Shown here: piece after piece, positions 39,301-51,860 of the stretch
How positions within the stretch are numbered: position 1 is the first letter of the stretch
Layout of the letters: each line of letters starts with the position of its first letter
NCBI RefSeq assembly: GCF_009834535.1
Contig: NC_045696.1
Coordinates: forward strand, 42,162,001-42,226,000
Length of the DNA stretch: 64,000 nucleotides
Source: Camelus ferus
Lineage: Eukaryota
Reading direction: 5' to 3'
The notes under the pieces: model-generated
What the model was told of the DNA's origin: nothing
The model's database searches: none
Seen by the model: the letters and a program-made list of their open reading frames with translations, nothing else
Translations under genes and position numbers: made by a program

Positions 39301-39759
39301 GATATTTATTGGTTGAAGGGTGTGGAGTTCATGGTGTTTGGACGTGGGTGTTATATGCAGCGTGGGCAGGGTTGGTAGCCTTCACAAAATGGACCACACA
39401 AATTCCAAGGATGCCCTAGCCCTGGGCAAACTGCTCATGGATGACCCAGGTAAGAAGGGCATGCCCCAGAGAGTGCAGTCTGACATCTGTGGCCATGGGC
39501 CTGGTACCTGCAGGCAGCGTCTGCTGTCTGCTTTGGGGTTAAGGCAGTCAGACTATTGGACACTCTGTGATCTGAGCAACATGCTGAGGTTAGCAAAAGG
39601 GACAGTTTCCCAGAGGAGCTCTTTCTTTCTGATTGAATAGGTCAGACTCACCTTTGAGAAAATTTTGCAGGGCCTTGGTCTTAGGGAATTTGAGCAAAAT
39701 GTCACTGGGTTTTCGGCTGTGGCCATGAGTGGTGGCTACAGCTGGGTGGTTTCCGCCAG

Positions 39760-39813
39760 AGAAATTCTTCCTTCATTAGTATTAATGAAACTGTGATGAA
39801 AGGAAATCACAAG
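39760..39813 (+). pseudogene. Candidate 54-nt exon RNSSFISINETVMKGNHK
   Basis: TTTCCGCCAG| ... AAG|GTGAGA; phase 0-0, in frame with the preceding exon. Confidence 0.55.
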
Positions 39814-39935
39814 GTGAGACCACAGCTGTTTCACTGAAAGTACTACTCACTTGAGTTGTAAAGCTGTTCACGACCTTTGGCTGATGCCTCAAGGAAATAA
39901 ACCCCAAAGAAATACCAGAAAAGTAATTTGTATAG

Positions 39936-40273
39936 ACATGCTTTGAATTTAAAAGGGTATAGAATAGAGCAATTCAAGTGTTCAAGAAGAAAGTCATAGC
40001 TAAACAACCAAAAAAGTTACTATATGAAGATGGAAGGCTACAAAACCACCAGAAATAAAAGCGCTGGGTGTTCTTTTGGACCCTGAAAAGTAAATATGAG
40101 ATTGTTTAGGTGAAGAATGCACAAGGCAAAATAGAATATTTGTACAGGGGTACTTATATCAAATAAGTGTATTCCCAACCAATGGATTTGGAGAAATGGA
40201 AATAGAGTTTATAAATGAATTTAGAGAAATGAAAATTCAGTTAAAACTCACTAGATTGTTTTGTGTAAAGTGA
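39936..40273 (+). pseudogene. Candidate large/terminal exon remnant
   Basis: Frame from 40028: RWKATKPPEIKALGVLLDPEK*I*DCLGEECTRQNRIFVQGYLYQISVFPTNGFGEMEIEFINEFREMKIQLKLTRLFCVK*; non-repetitive and purine-rich. Confidence 0.4.
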
Positions 40274-40959
40274 TTAGACCAGAGACATAAACATAAGATG
40301 ACGGGTAGGCATTGAAGGTGTAGGATGAAAGCTGATGGCTGTTCGTCCTCATACACTACTTAGACTTTTAATACTATTCAGTACCTATGCCTCATCTTGC
40401 CTAATACGGCCCATTCACTACGTGCTCAGAAGACTGAGGAAGAAGCAGCTAAATGTGAGAGTCCATGGTTGTTAGCCTGGAAAGCCCACCAGAGCAAGGG
40501 GGAACTCCTGGGTTGCCTGTGTACTTGGTCACTGATGAGTCACTGATGGTCCAAAGGCCATCCAGAGCTTGGCCAGCTCAAACAACAGCTCTGATGCTTG
40601 GTTTTGGGATGAAAGATTAGAAAGCTGCCTCTGTGTGGCAGCCTTATAAACAAGCCAAGATATATACATTGTGGTAGTTAAAAGTAGTACCAAATTTTAT
40701 CAGCTAAGTTCTCTGTTTTGCAAGGATAGTGATAAGGATATATATTTTTCCCTCTTCTAAGGGGCTCAATAAACTTGTAAAGAAAGATTTTCTTGTAATA
40801 TTTAGAATATGACCATCATGGATGCTAGGATTTGTAGTTAATTTTACTTTCTTCTTTAAACACCCCTGTGCTGTTTGAATTTTTAAAACCAGTGAATATA
40901 TTATTTTCATAACGAAAGGTAAATTTGTTCTATTTGGAAGAAAAAAAAATACCCAGTCA

Positions 40960-41520
40960 ATGTTTTTATTCTCCAAGATTGGCTCTTGTAAAGCTTAATA
41001 GATCAGACTACATAACATTAAAAGTCTCTATGTGACAATCCTCCTCAACCTTCACATAAACAATGTTTAAAACTATCAGATTAATATCTCTGATACACAA
41101 AGATGTTTTATAAATCACTAAGAAATGATGAGAAAAGGTCCAGAGATAGAAATAGACAATTTACTGTAGATGTGGCCATAAACTTGACAAAAGGGCTAGC
41201 CTTATTTGTGGCTAAATAAATGCAAATTAGAAGAATTAAATTAGCTGTTGGTTTTCATTTATTAGCGTGGGAAAGGTTAATTGCTGATAGTCATTATTGG
41301 CGGCAGTCAGAGACCACAGGCATTCTACTAAGACAGTCTAGTGAGAATTTAAATTGGTACCACTATCTATTAAAGTTTTAAATGAGACTATTCTTTGACC
41401 CACTCATTATACTTCTCAGAACTTTCCTAAGAAGGCAACTGTAAAGTTTTACACAGGTTTTATGACTAGATTGCTTGTTGTAGAATTGCTATGCTATATA
41501 GTGTAGCCATTAAAAATCGT
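40960..41520 (+). mobile_element. Old L1ME-like fragment
   Basis: AAATAAATGCAAATTAG; AAATTGGTAC; CTTTGACCCA motifs. Confidence 0.55.
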
Positions 41521-41534
41521 ACTGAGAATTACAA

Positions 41535-41820
41535 AGTTCAAAGCCAAGTGACCCGGATTTGAGGGACAATAGAGAGTGGAGGGCGTGGGAGACCTTGAGC
41601 AAACGCTCTAAGCCCAAGAGGTGTCACTGCTTCATCTCTGAGTGTCACCTTCCAGACTACGCTCAGTGTTGCCAGGTCTTCCAGTTTTTCAAGATAAGGC
41701 CAAAATTCGGATTTTTGCATAACATTTTCTTTATTTAAAAATGGTGGCCACTTTGTCAAAACTTTTCAAACACCACAGACCAACATGGTATGGCCAAAGT
41801 CTAGACTTTTTCAACCTGTA
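41535..41820. mobile_element. MER102 (hAT-Charlie)
   Basis: GTGTTGCCAGGTCTTCCAGTTTTTCAAG..CCAAAATTCGGATTTTT. Confidence 0.65.
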
Positions 41821-42229
41821 ATGTATATCTACCTACTTATATATTTTTACTTCCAAAATTTGTGTCAAGTAGGTACAGAAGGGTGAAAATAACATATATG
41901 TCATGTTTAAAAATAATTTACAAATGCTCAATCATGTTATTACCACCCCCCTTTTGAAGTAGAGCATTAACAAAATTAATGTGTATTCCATGGCCATCAC
42001 ATTGAACTCATTTCCCTTCAGCTCCCTTCTGGGCAGTCCCTTGGCAACCATGGTGGAAATGGTGACTGTCCTTGGCACATAGGAGGTACTTCAAAAATGA
42101 CTGCTGAGGGGATAGAGGGATGAGGTATGCCTGTTGCCTGGACCTTCCACAGAAGTTCTGTCTGCCTCCATGCCCAAATTGGTACATTAAACTATGTTCA
42201 TAGAGATGTAAGAAAATGATAATACCCAT

Positions 42230-42470
42230 TATAGCCCTGAGTATTATTGAATAATACTCAATGCAATTGAACTTGTACTCAGTACCAATCTCTTTAAATG
42301 CTCATGGCAACCTTTTAAGGGAGGTACAATTATTACTCCCATTTGACAGATAAGGAAATAGAGGCACAGAGAGGTCAAGCAATTTGCACTAGGTCGCAAA
42401 GCTAGTTAGTTGCAGAGATGGGATGCAAACTTAGTCCCATTTGACTCCCCAGCCTGCACTTGTGGCTACT
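42230..42470. mobile_element. MIR SINE
   Basis: ATTATTACTCCCATTTGACAGATAAGGAAATAGAGGCACAGAGAGGTCAAG core. Confidence 0.8.
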
Positions 42471-42824
42471 ATGAGATGCAGTCTTATTTCAGATCATTGG
42501 AGTCCCTTAGGCATTAAAGGCTCTTGTAGGAACGGGCAGGGGTTGAACTTCCACCCCCGCTGGAGTAGTTTCCCTGGCTTCCCCAGTCAGGGACTCTCCT
42601 CTGAACCTCCTGCCTGGATCACTCTCTCCTAATATCTTCATGATCCTTTTCATGGACACATGTCTTATCTCTCTCCTGTATTTTCAGCATCTTGAAACAG
42701 AGGCCAAGGCTTTAATTCTGGGAGGACCAATCATGCCCAGCAAGATGCCTCCACTAGTAATCCTGATACTGATGATTTCCTCCCTCACTTTTGGTTTTTT
42801 AAGCCCCAGACCCTATACTATCCT

Positions 42825-43220
42825 TGGTACTAATTTATTGCCATGTAACAAACCAATCCCCAAATCATAGCCATTTTATTAGCTCATGATTCTGTTGTCA
42901 GCAATTTGGGCTAGGATCCTCTGCTGGTATCCCCTGGAGTTACTTTTGCAGCTGCAGAAATTTTGGTATCTCAACCAGAGCTGGATGATCTAACATGACC
43001 TTGCTCAGAGTTGGAGCAGGCTGTTAGCTGGTGGGGATCCAGGGACTCAGAAGGAATAGCTCTTCTCTCCTGGCTTCTCATCCTCAAGTAGGTTAGTCTG
43101 GACTTGTTCAACTGACAGTCTCAGGGCTGTGTTCCAAGGGAGGAAAAGCAGAGGCATTTGCTTTTTCTATGTTCTGTTGGATGCAGCAAGTCAAAAGCTA
43201 TCCCATATTTAATGGATAGG
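42825..43220 (-). mobile_element. Old MLT1 LTR
   Basis: TGTAACAAACCAATCCCCAAA..TTTATTAGCTCATGATTCTG. Confidence 0.65.
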
Positions 43221-43234
43221 GAAGTTGATTCTAC

Positions 43235-44600
43235 ATCTTTTTTTTTAACTTTTTGATCCCCTTTACCCAGTTCTCCCTTGTCCCTGCCTTTGGCAACTAT
43301 CAGTCTGTTCTCTATATCTGTATCTGTGAAATTTTTTTTAATGTCACACGTAGAGAGATCATACAGTGTTTGTGTTCCTCTGACTTATTTCACCTAGCAT
43401 AATGCCTTTGAGGTCCATCCATATTGTCATAAATGGCAAGATTCCATTCTTTTTTATGGTTGAATAATATTCCATTATGTGTAGAATTTCTTTATCCATT
43501 CATCCATCAGTGGACACTTAGGTTGCTTCCATGTCTTGACTATTGTAAACAGTGCTGCAATAAACATAGGGGTGCATAAACAGTCCCCCTTTATCCATGA
43601 TTTCACTTTCTGCAGTTTCAGTGACATGTGGTCAACTATAGTCTGGAAACATTAAATGGAAAATTCCATAAATAAGCAAGTCATAAATTTTAAATTGCAT
43701 GCTGTTCTGAGTAGTGTGATGAAATCTTGCACAGTACTGCTCCATCCCACTGAAATGAGTCATCCCTTTGTCAGCATGTCTCACTTGTTAGACACTTGGT
43801 AACCTTCTCTTAACATAAATGATCTGCAAATGTTTCCTTCCATTGGGTAGGCTGCTTTTTAATTTTACTGATGGGTTCCTTGCTATGCAGAAGGTTTTTA
43901 ATTCGATCTAGTCCCACTTGTTTATTTTTGCTTTTTTTTTTTTTTTTTTGGCTTTTGCTTTTGATGTCAGATTGAAAAAATCATTGCCAAGACCAATGTC
44001 AAGGAGCTAATCACCTATGTTTTCTAGGAGTTTTATGATTTCAGGTCTTATATTGTGAATTAATTTTTGGGTGTAGTGTAAGATAATGGTCGAGTTTCAT
44101 TCTTTTGCATGTGGTTGTTCAGTTTTCCCAAAACCATTTCTGAAGGGATTGCCCTTGCCCCATTGTATATTCTTGGCTCCATTGTCGTAGAGTAATTGAC
44201 CACATATGCGTGGGTTTATTTTCTGGGCTCTCTATTCTGTTCCTATGTGTCTGTTTTTATGACAATACTATACTATTATAATTACTGTGGTTTTGTAATA
44301 GCATTTGAAATCAGGGAGTATGATGGCTTCAGATTTGTTCTTCTTTCTCAAGATTGCTTTGGTTATTTGGGTTCTTTTGTGGTTCCACACAAATTTTAGG
44401 ATTATTTGTTCCATTTCTGTGAAAAATGTCGTTGGAACTCTGATAGGGATTGCACTGAATCTGTAGATTGCTTTGGATAGTATGGAAAAATTAACAATAT
44501 TAATTCTTCTGATCCATAAGCACAGACTGTGTTTCCATTTATTTATGTCTTCTTTGATTTCTTTTATCAATGTCTGGTAGTTTTCAATATGCATTGTCAT
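43235..44600 (-). mobile_element. L1MA-type 3'/ORF2 fragment interrupted by MER44
   Basis: ORF2 peptide [19 protein letters not shown]...[11 protein letters not shown] (44268-44600). Confidence 0.9.
43581..43800. mobile_element. MER44 (Tigger7-derived) fragment
   Basis: CAGTCCCCCTTTATCC...TTAAATGGAAAATTCC...CTGTTCTGAGTAGTGTGATGAAATCT. Confidence 0.8.
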
Positions 44601-45145
44601 AGTCTATAGTGTTACAGTCCTACAAAACACACACACGTGTGTGTATTTATCAGTCTTCTGTTATATCTAAATATGAATACTTTTTTTGATGATTTCTAGA
44701 CTTTGAAAGGAGAGATTAGATATCTTGCTAAGAGGTGGTTTTTATGGGGGAAACCTAATAGAGAAAGTCAGCTATATTGGGTAAATTAAGTCAACTAGGG
44801 CAGGCCAAGAGGAAAAGAAAGAGGGAACTGATGTAATCCTTTGAATTCACCTGGATTCTGATTTAGAATCTTAGGTTATTCTTGAACCCAATCTGTCCTT
44901 CCTATGTTTATCAACTTTGAATCTTGAATAATAATTCTTTCTTGGTCTAGCTCCAGTAGCAATTACACAAAAATCCACCTGCCCTAGGCAAATTTATATC
45001 TCTATTGAAAAATTACTAATAGTCAAGTGAAATGTTTATTTTTTTTGCCAATGGTGCAGAATAACAGTAACTAAGAAGCACAGCACTGAAGTTAGTAATA
45101 AAGTACATTACTGACTCAAAATTGAGGGTACTGCAATTGAATTCT

Positions 45146-45240
45146 TTTTTTTTATTAGCTTATGGTCAGTTTACAATGTTGTGTCAGTTTCTGGTGTATA
45201 GCATAATAATGTTTCAGTCATACTTATACATACACATGTT
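45146..45240 (-). mobile_element. 95-nt L1 tail insertion
   Basis: Perfect 14-bp TSD TGCAATTGAATTCT (45132-45145, 45241-45254). Confidence 0.85.
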
Positions 45241-45341
45241 TGCAATTGAATTCTAAAATGTAATAGTTGAATTTCTAGAGAACAAATAGCTACTGTTATA
45301 GATGCTTAAATGGACTGTTATTTTCGAGGCAAACCATTCTT

Positions 45342-45506
45342 TTTTTTAAAAAAAATTTTTATTGAAGTGTAGTTGATTTACAATGTTAGTTTCAGGTGTA
45401 CAATAAAGTGATTCAGTTATACATATACATACATGTATATTTTTTCTTTTCAGATGTTATTTGTTTTTATATGTTATTATAAGAAATTGAATATAGTTCT
45501 GCACAT
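45342..45506 (-). mobile_element. Short L1 3' UTR insertion
   Basis: TTATTGAAGTGTAGTTGATTTACAATG..; TSD CATTCTT (45335, 45507). Confidence 0.8.
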
Positions 45507-45793
45507 CATTCTTAAAATTTGTTCTTTCTTTAGCATTCAGATGAGTAAAACCCAGTTTATCAATTTCCCTCACTGGATTGGTAATGGGGTATATCATCTG
45601 GGTTTTATATCCTTATTATCCTTGCAGACAACAAATGACTCTTTCATGGGTCATCAAAATTATTTCGGTTGAAGGCAGTTTCAATAACAAGAAGATTAGA
45701 ATGTTTCTTTCTTAGATACCTTTTAACATGAAGTGTTAACATTTTTTTGGGTAAAGGTGAAACTAAAGGCAGTGGCTATAAAATCTTGATTGG

Positions 45794-46170
45794 TGTTACC
45801 AGTTGAATTGTGTCCCCCCCAAATTCATACGTTGGAATCCTAATCCCTAGTACCTCAAAATGTGACCCTATTAGAAATAAGGTCACTGCAGATATAATTA
45901 GTTAAAATGTGGTCATACTGAAATCGAGTGGTCTAATATGGCTGGTGTCCTTAGAAAATGAATGCCATGTGAAGAGACAGAGATGATGTGGAGCCACAGG
46001 GAGAAGGCCACCCACAAGTCCGGGAACATCTGAGACCAGCAGAAGCTAGAGAGAAGCAGGGCACAGATTCTCCCTCCCAGTCCTCAGGAGGAACCAGCCC
46101 TGATGACACCTTGATCTTGGATTTCTAGCCTTCAGAACTGTGAGTCAATATTTTTTGTTGTTTAATTCAC
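45794..46170 (+). mobile_element. MLT1B-type LTR
   Basis: TGAATTGTGTCCCCCCCAAATTCATACGTTG...CCTTCAGAACTGTGAG. Confidence 0.85.
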
Positions 46171-46299
46171 AGTTAAAAAAGACACAATAGTCTTTAACTG
46201 TTGTATACCTGAGACATGGTCTTAAATTATGAAGAAATAAAATTTAACAGTACTATAGCTGGAAACTAAACATTATAGTGGAAAATAAAAATGAGGCTA

Positions 46300-47075
46300 T
46301 ACTTCAATAACAAAAAACTAAACACCTCAATTGGAAAATGAGCACAGGACTTGAATAGACATTTCTCCAAAGAAGATATACAAATGTCCAACAAGCACAG
46401 GAGAAGATGCTCAACATCACCAGTGCAAATCAAAACCACATTGAGACACCACACATTAGGATGGCTACTATCAAAAAGCCAGAAAATAACAAGTGTTGGT
46501 GAGAGTATGGAGAAATTGGAACCCTAATGCACTGTTAATGAGAATGGAAAATGGTTTAGCCCTTGTGGAAAACAATATGGCAATTCTTCAAAAGACTAGA
46601 AGTAAATCTACCTTATGATCTGGAGATTCCACTTGTAGGTGTATACCCCAAAGAACCTGAAAGCAGAGGCTCAAGAAGAGCTTTTTGTACACCCATGTTC
46701 ATAACAGTGTTATCAACAATAGCTAAAAGGTGGAAACAGCTCGAATGTCCATCTAGAAATGAATATATAAACAAAATGCTATATATATACAAATGCTATA
46801 TATGTATATATATATACACACACACACATATACATATACATACATATATATATATATATGATAGTATGATGTTTTCAGGTACTGGGAGGAGGAGGGAGTG
46901 GGGAGTTATTGTTTAATAGGCAGAGAATTTCGTTTTGTCAGATGGAAGGAGTTCTGTGGATGGGCAGTGGTAATGGTGGGAAAACTGAAATACTTAATGG
47001 TCACTGACTGCACGCTTAGAAGTGGTTATGATGATACATGTTGTGTATATTTTACCACAATTAAATTTCAAAAAT
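46300..47075 (+). mobile_element. L1MB 3' fragment with internal (TA/CA)n microsatellite (~46780-46860)
   Basis: Peptide WKTIWQFFKRLEVNLPYDLEIP; terminal TATATTTTACCACAAT. Confidence 0.85.
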
Positions 47076-47459
47076 GAAACTACCTTTGATGTACTTGGAG
47101 AATGATTTAATGAGGACAAACACAGGATGGAGAGAAACCAGTTGGAAAGTCTTTCTGCAAATCAGGGAAGAGATGATGGTGACTTTAATTCAGGTAGTCT
47201 AATTGGGGTTGAAGTCAAAGGGAAGGATGGAAAAATAATTAGAAGTTAGGAACAAAAGGATTCGGTGGTCAACTAGATGTGAGTGGGAAGAGAGAGACAA
47301 GCCACTTTGGATGCTTGGTTTCAGTGTTGACAACAGGGTGAATGTTGGAGCCATTCCTCAAGTTAAGAACCAGGAACAGGGGGAACATGATGAATGTAGT
47401 GTTGATGAAGACAAGTGTGAGATGTCTGTGAGACACAAAGTAACCAACATCCCACCTTT

Positions 47460-47597
47460 AAAATTTCTTCTTATTTATTTATATTTTGGGGAGGAAGTAA
47501 TTAATTTATTTATCTTAATGGAGGAACTAGAGCTTGAACCCAGGGTCTTGTATATGCTAAGCATGTGCTCCACTGCTGAGCTATACCCTATCCCTCC
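47460..47597 (-). mobile_element. tRNA-derived SINE (vic-1-like)
   Basis: CTTGAACCCAGGGTCTTGTATATGCTAAGCATGTGCTCCACTGCTGAGCTATACCC. Confidence 0.85.
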
Positions 47598-47600
47598 TGC

Positions 47601-48063
47601 CTTTTTCTTTTATTGAATTGTAGTTGATTTTCGATGTTGTGTTAGTTTCAGGTGTACAGCATAGTGATTCAGTCATACATATATTCTTTATCATTATAGA
47701 TTATTACAAGATATTGAATATAGTTCCCTGTGCTATACTGTAGGACCTTGTTGTTTATCTATTTTGTATATAATAGGTAGTATCTGCATATCCCATACTC
47801 CTAATTTATCCCTCCCCCTCCCCCTTTCCTCCTGGTAACTATAAGTTTGTTTTCTATGTCTGTGAGCCTGTTTCTATTTTGCAAATAAGTTCATTTGTGC
47901 CATTTTTTAAAAAAAGATTCCACATGTAAGTGATATCATGTGATATTCGTCTTTGTCTGACTTACTTCATTTGGTATGATAAACTCTGGGTCCATCTATG
48001 TGGTTGCTGCAAATGGCATTATTTTATTCTTTTTTTATGACTGAGTAGTATTCCATTGTATAT
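47601..48063 (-). mobile_element. Cetartiodactyl L1 3' UTR fragment
   Basis: GATATTGAATATAGTTCCCTGTGCTATAC..; flanking repeat CAACATCCC at ~47445 and 48064. Confidence 0.85.
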
Positions 48064-49604
48064 CAACATCCCCTTTTTTTGACTGCTTTATATTCTCTTT
48101 GCTTCTAACATTAACACACACACTTGGGTTTCTTTCTAGGTACACTTTACATAAAGAAACAGTTTTATTCACTTCTGGAGTGTAATTATGTCCCTGCAAG
48201 GCATAGAGGTAGATCCTGGAATTACTTAAATATGTGCTTGTTTCAAACAGGATCTATTTCCTTAAGGTCAAAAAACGCTTAATGCAATGGAACGGGTTGT
48301 GTTTCCAATGGACACTAGAATCCCAGAGGCAGAACACTGACAAGAAACTTGCATAGGCACAAGGCCAAGTTCATTTCATTCTCATTCACTGTAATGCATC
48401 CCTTCTGGAATTTCACTGATGGTGTAGATAAGAAGATTCACAGCTGTCAGTGGGACCTGCCAACTGTTCTCTTTTGTTCTGTTTTCCTTCCTGCACATAA
48501 AATGCTTTTGTAACATAATGGGCCTCCAAATTTGACTTGTTTATATTTTGTGATGACTTGTGATGCTAACAGAGCATATTCAGGACGTGATGCTTAATGT
48601 AGAATGGTAGCAAATCAATCATGTTTTGATGCCACCCATTTGGTAGCAGGCATTACTGAAGATGGTTTTCCTACACAAGTGCGAGTACAATGGTGAAAGG
48701 AAAGGCCCTGCATTCAAGGGAACTGGGTGCAATCTCAGGCAAGCTCTGTGGTCTTGGGCAGGTAATTTACTCTGAACCTTAGTTCCTTCACCTTTAACTA
48801 GATGGGGATAAAAGTATCTGATTTGTAGAGTTACTGTAAAGTTAAATGAACGAGCTGCAAATATACTAATGGCACCTAACATATAGCAGACATTTAACAA
48901 ATACCATTTTCTCCCCCCCGATAAACTATTCTGTGATTCAATACCACATTTCCTCAAGCCACCCCAGCCTGAAGGAAAAAGGGGCCAACAGCATAAATGT
49001 CCCCACCATCTTAGGTGGGGCCTTACAAATTCCCTTTAAATAAATCTTCCTAAATTTGTAGGGTTTCCAGGACTATCTCACACATGCTAATGAGCAGAAT
49101 TCGCGGCAGCTCACACCAGGTTGCCACGTTTTCCTCCGCTTTGGCCATACGTGACCATTTACTCCTGCGACTGCTGTTTCTGGTGAAGCAAATGCAAAAG
49201 GTTCCAAGAACCTTCAGGTGACTTTGGGAGAATGTTGGGAAATCATCTCCTGTCAGTGCCAGCTTCTAGCTCCTGTCACGGCCGGTGCCAGGCCGTCCAC
49301 AGGGCCCACGTTACCACAGTTGCTTCCTCGAGGCGCCAGAACCACTTCATTTCCTTCCCTTATGTCGTGAGAATCTCTCCTCTGTCCTCATATTAAACTT
49401 CATTCCTTCTGTTTGTATGTTTAGCCCGTCTCCTGGGGGACTCCATCATGGTCCATGGGGCCTGGGCCAGAGGAAAATTTGACTAAACTGGAATCATTCT
49501 GAAAAAAGCTGCCCTCCCTTCTAACACTGAAGCTTTATTATCAGGCCAAGCTTTTACGTTAAGGGCTGCTCTTCCCAAGGGAGAGTTATTTTCCCAGAGT
49601 TATG

Positions 49605-49795
49605 TATTTCATTGAAGTATAGTCACTTACAGTGGGTCAGTTTCTGGTGTATGGCATGATGTCCCAGGGACACATATATTCATTTTCATAAAAGGTTATT
49701 ACAAGATATTGAATATAGTTTCCTGTGCTATACGGAAGAAATTTGTTTTTTTAAATCTATTCTTATATATAGTAGTTCATATTTGCAAATCATTG
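49605..49795 (-). mobile_element. Short L1 3' UTR fragment
   Basis: ATTGAAGTATAGTC..AGGTTATTACAAGATATTGAATATAG. Confidence 0.75.
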
Positions 49796-51845
49796 GGAGT
49801 TATTTCAATTTCTCATGTTAAGTCAACCTCTTTCGTCTCACACCCTTTAGGGCCACCTCAACTGTGTCTCCCAGATGCTCTAAGGTGAATGCTTCTAATG
49901 TTCTAGCTGAGAATCCTACTATAGTTTCACATGCAGCTAGGAGGATTTTTAGAAGACTTTGCCTTTGGGGACCAGGAGGGGAAAGAAAGAGCATTATGAA
50001 ATGATAGTGTTAAGTTAGGATGTGCCAGGGTGGGGGCCTGAATTTGGGCAGTGGTCATGGAAGGAAAGGGGCAGATGCAAGAGGCTTGGTGAAAGATCAA
50101 GCAGATATAACTAGTGACTGGACTGGAGAAAGAGGCCCTGATGGTTATCATGGAAGATTCTGAGCTTTCTAGAATATTCTGCAAAATTTGATTTAATTTC
50201 TGCACGTTAAAAATTGGAATTCTAAATCCTTACTGCAAGTTTTCAGGATCCTGTATCCCCCAACTCCCCCACACTGCCTTGACTCCCTTAAATTCCACAG
50301 TGTTTATACTGGAGGCCCACCTTCCTTTGCTGTTCTCTAAGCAGCAGGCTTGTAGGTGAGTTGCTGTAACGTGTCTGCTCACCCCACCTGTGATAGTGAC
50401 ACGGACGTGCTAGCCTTCAGGAAGCCAGGAATTGGACTCCCAGGGCACTCTGGGAGATGGGAAGAAGACTGGTGGGTTTCCTCTGGGACTAAAGAATAGA
50501 TATTGTTCTCAGCACCTGGATTTGCTTTGAAGGAGCATTCTTCACTTGCCCGATGGTCAGGAACCATTTAGGGGGTGTTGGGAACCAAAACGTTGTTTGG
50601 ATTTCCCCCATTCTCTTCATAGGCTATACTTCGGCTCCAGCCTATTAAAAATATTTTGAGAGGAGTATTTGGCACATTTCTGAAATATTACTCTGAGCTT
50701 TTAAGAGTAACAAGAGAACAAGAGCAGGGACAGTGTTGGTCAGTTCTCTGAGTGGGGCTTCAGCAGCCCCGTGGATGGCCCCTTCCGCCTTCTCATTTGT
50801 TTCCCCATGCCGGCCCCCAGCTCCAGTTCGCAGGGCTTCACAGGGGCTTCCACCAGGACTGCCCTGCAAAATCCCAGTGGATTAACCTTTCCTTGTCCAG
50901 GTCGCAGATCAGACTGTCGTGTTGCTAGAGGTGTGAAGTTAAGGGGTGGTTCAATAAGCAATATGTAAGAGTGATAATAATAGACACGGTTTATTGCATG
51001 CCTGACATTGTGCTTTTCACACCTGATCCCATCTAATCCTTACACTCGTTTTAGGAGACAGGTGTCACCGGCCCTCTTTACAAGTGAGGAGAGACTGAAA
51101 TCCAAGAGTGTAAGTAAGTTGGCAAAGTTATGCAATTTGAAAGAGCCAGAGATAGATTAAGACTGCAGATCTCTCTTGTAATACACACTCAGATCAACAA
51201 TGCTTTTAATCTCTTAATTCCCAGGAATGATTTCTGGAATCAAGGCAAGCTCTCAGGCTCTGTCTCTGATAAGGGCTTTATTCCAGTGGGGCTCTCTTCT
51301 TTTAAACTTTTTAATGAAATAAGCTCTTTGTAAAGCTCTCTTTAGCAGGGAAAAACTGCATGTCCTAGTTCACAATGTGTTTTTGAAGTCTCATAATCTG
51401 TATTTTTCAGAATATGAGGACAGGTGAGCTGTTTTCTCTTTAAAAATGTTTTTAACTTTTTTTTTTTAAACCAGCTCTTTACTGCCTCCCAATAAATGTT
51501 ATTTAATTGTATTTTGTTAAAAAGAATGAAACGTAAATGTGGTCTGTAAAAATATTTGTCATCTTTGGCATTTCGGTTTCCTGATTCTTAGCAACTCTGA
51601 GTGGTTGTCAGACCCCTCCACATTTGCACCAGCGCAAAGCCTCTCGTACTGGGCTGGGCCTCAAGCAACCGGAGAAGCAACTGAAGTTGGAAAATGAGCT
51701 CTAGTGCTCCCAGCTTCTTCGTCTCAAGTCTTTTCCCTGCCACTTTATGCATTTTTTTAAAAGATAAATTAAAATGCAAGCAAGACAAACTTTCCCTTTC
51801 CCCTAAACCAAGAGAGAACCTTCGGATACAATTTTATGTGATTTA

Positions 51846-51860
51846 AGGTCAATGTGACTT
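51846..51860. promoter_or_regulatory. Near-consensus estrogen-response-type inverted repeat AGGTCA-ATG-TGACTT
   Basis: One mismatch from AGGTCAnnnTGACCT; in unique sequence. Confidence 0.3.
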
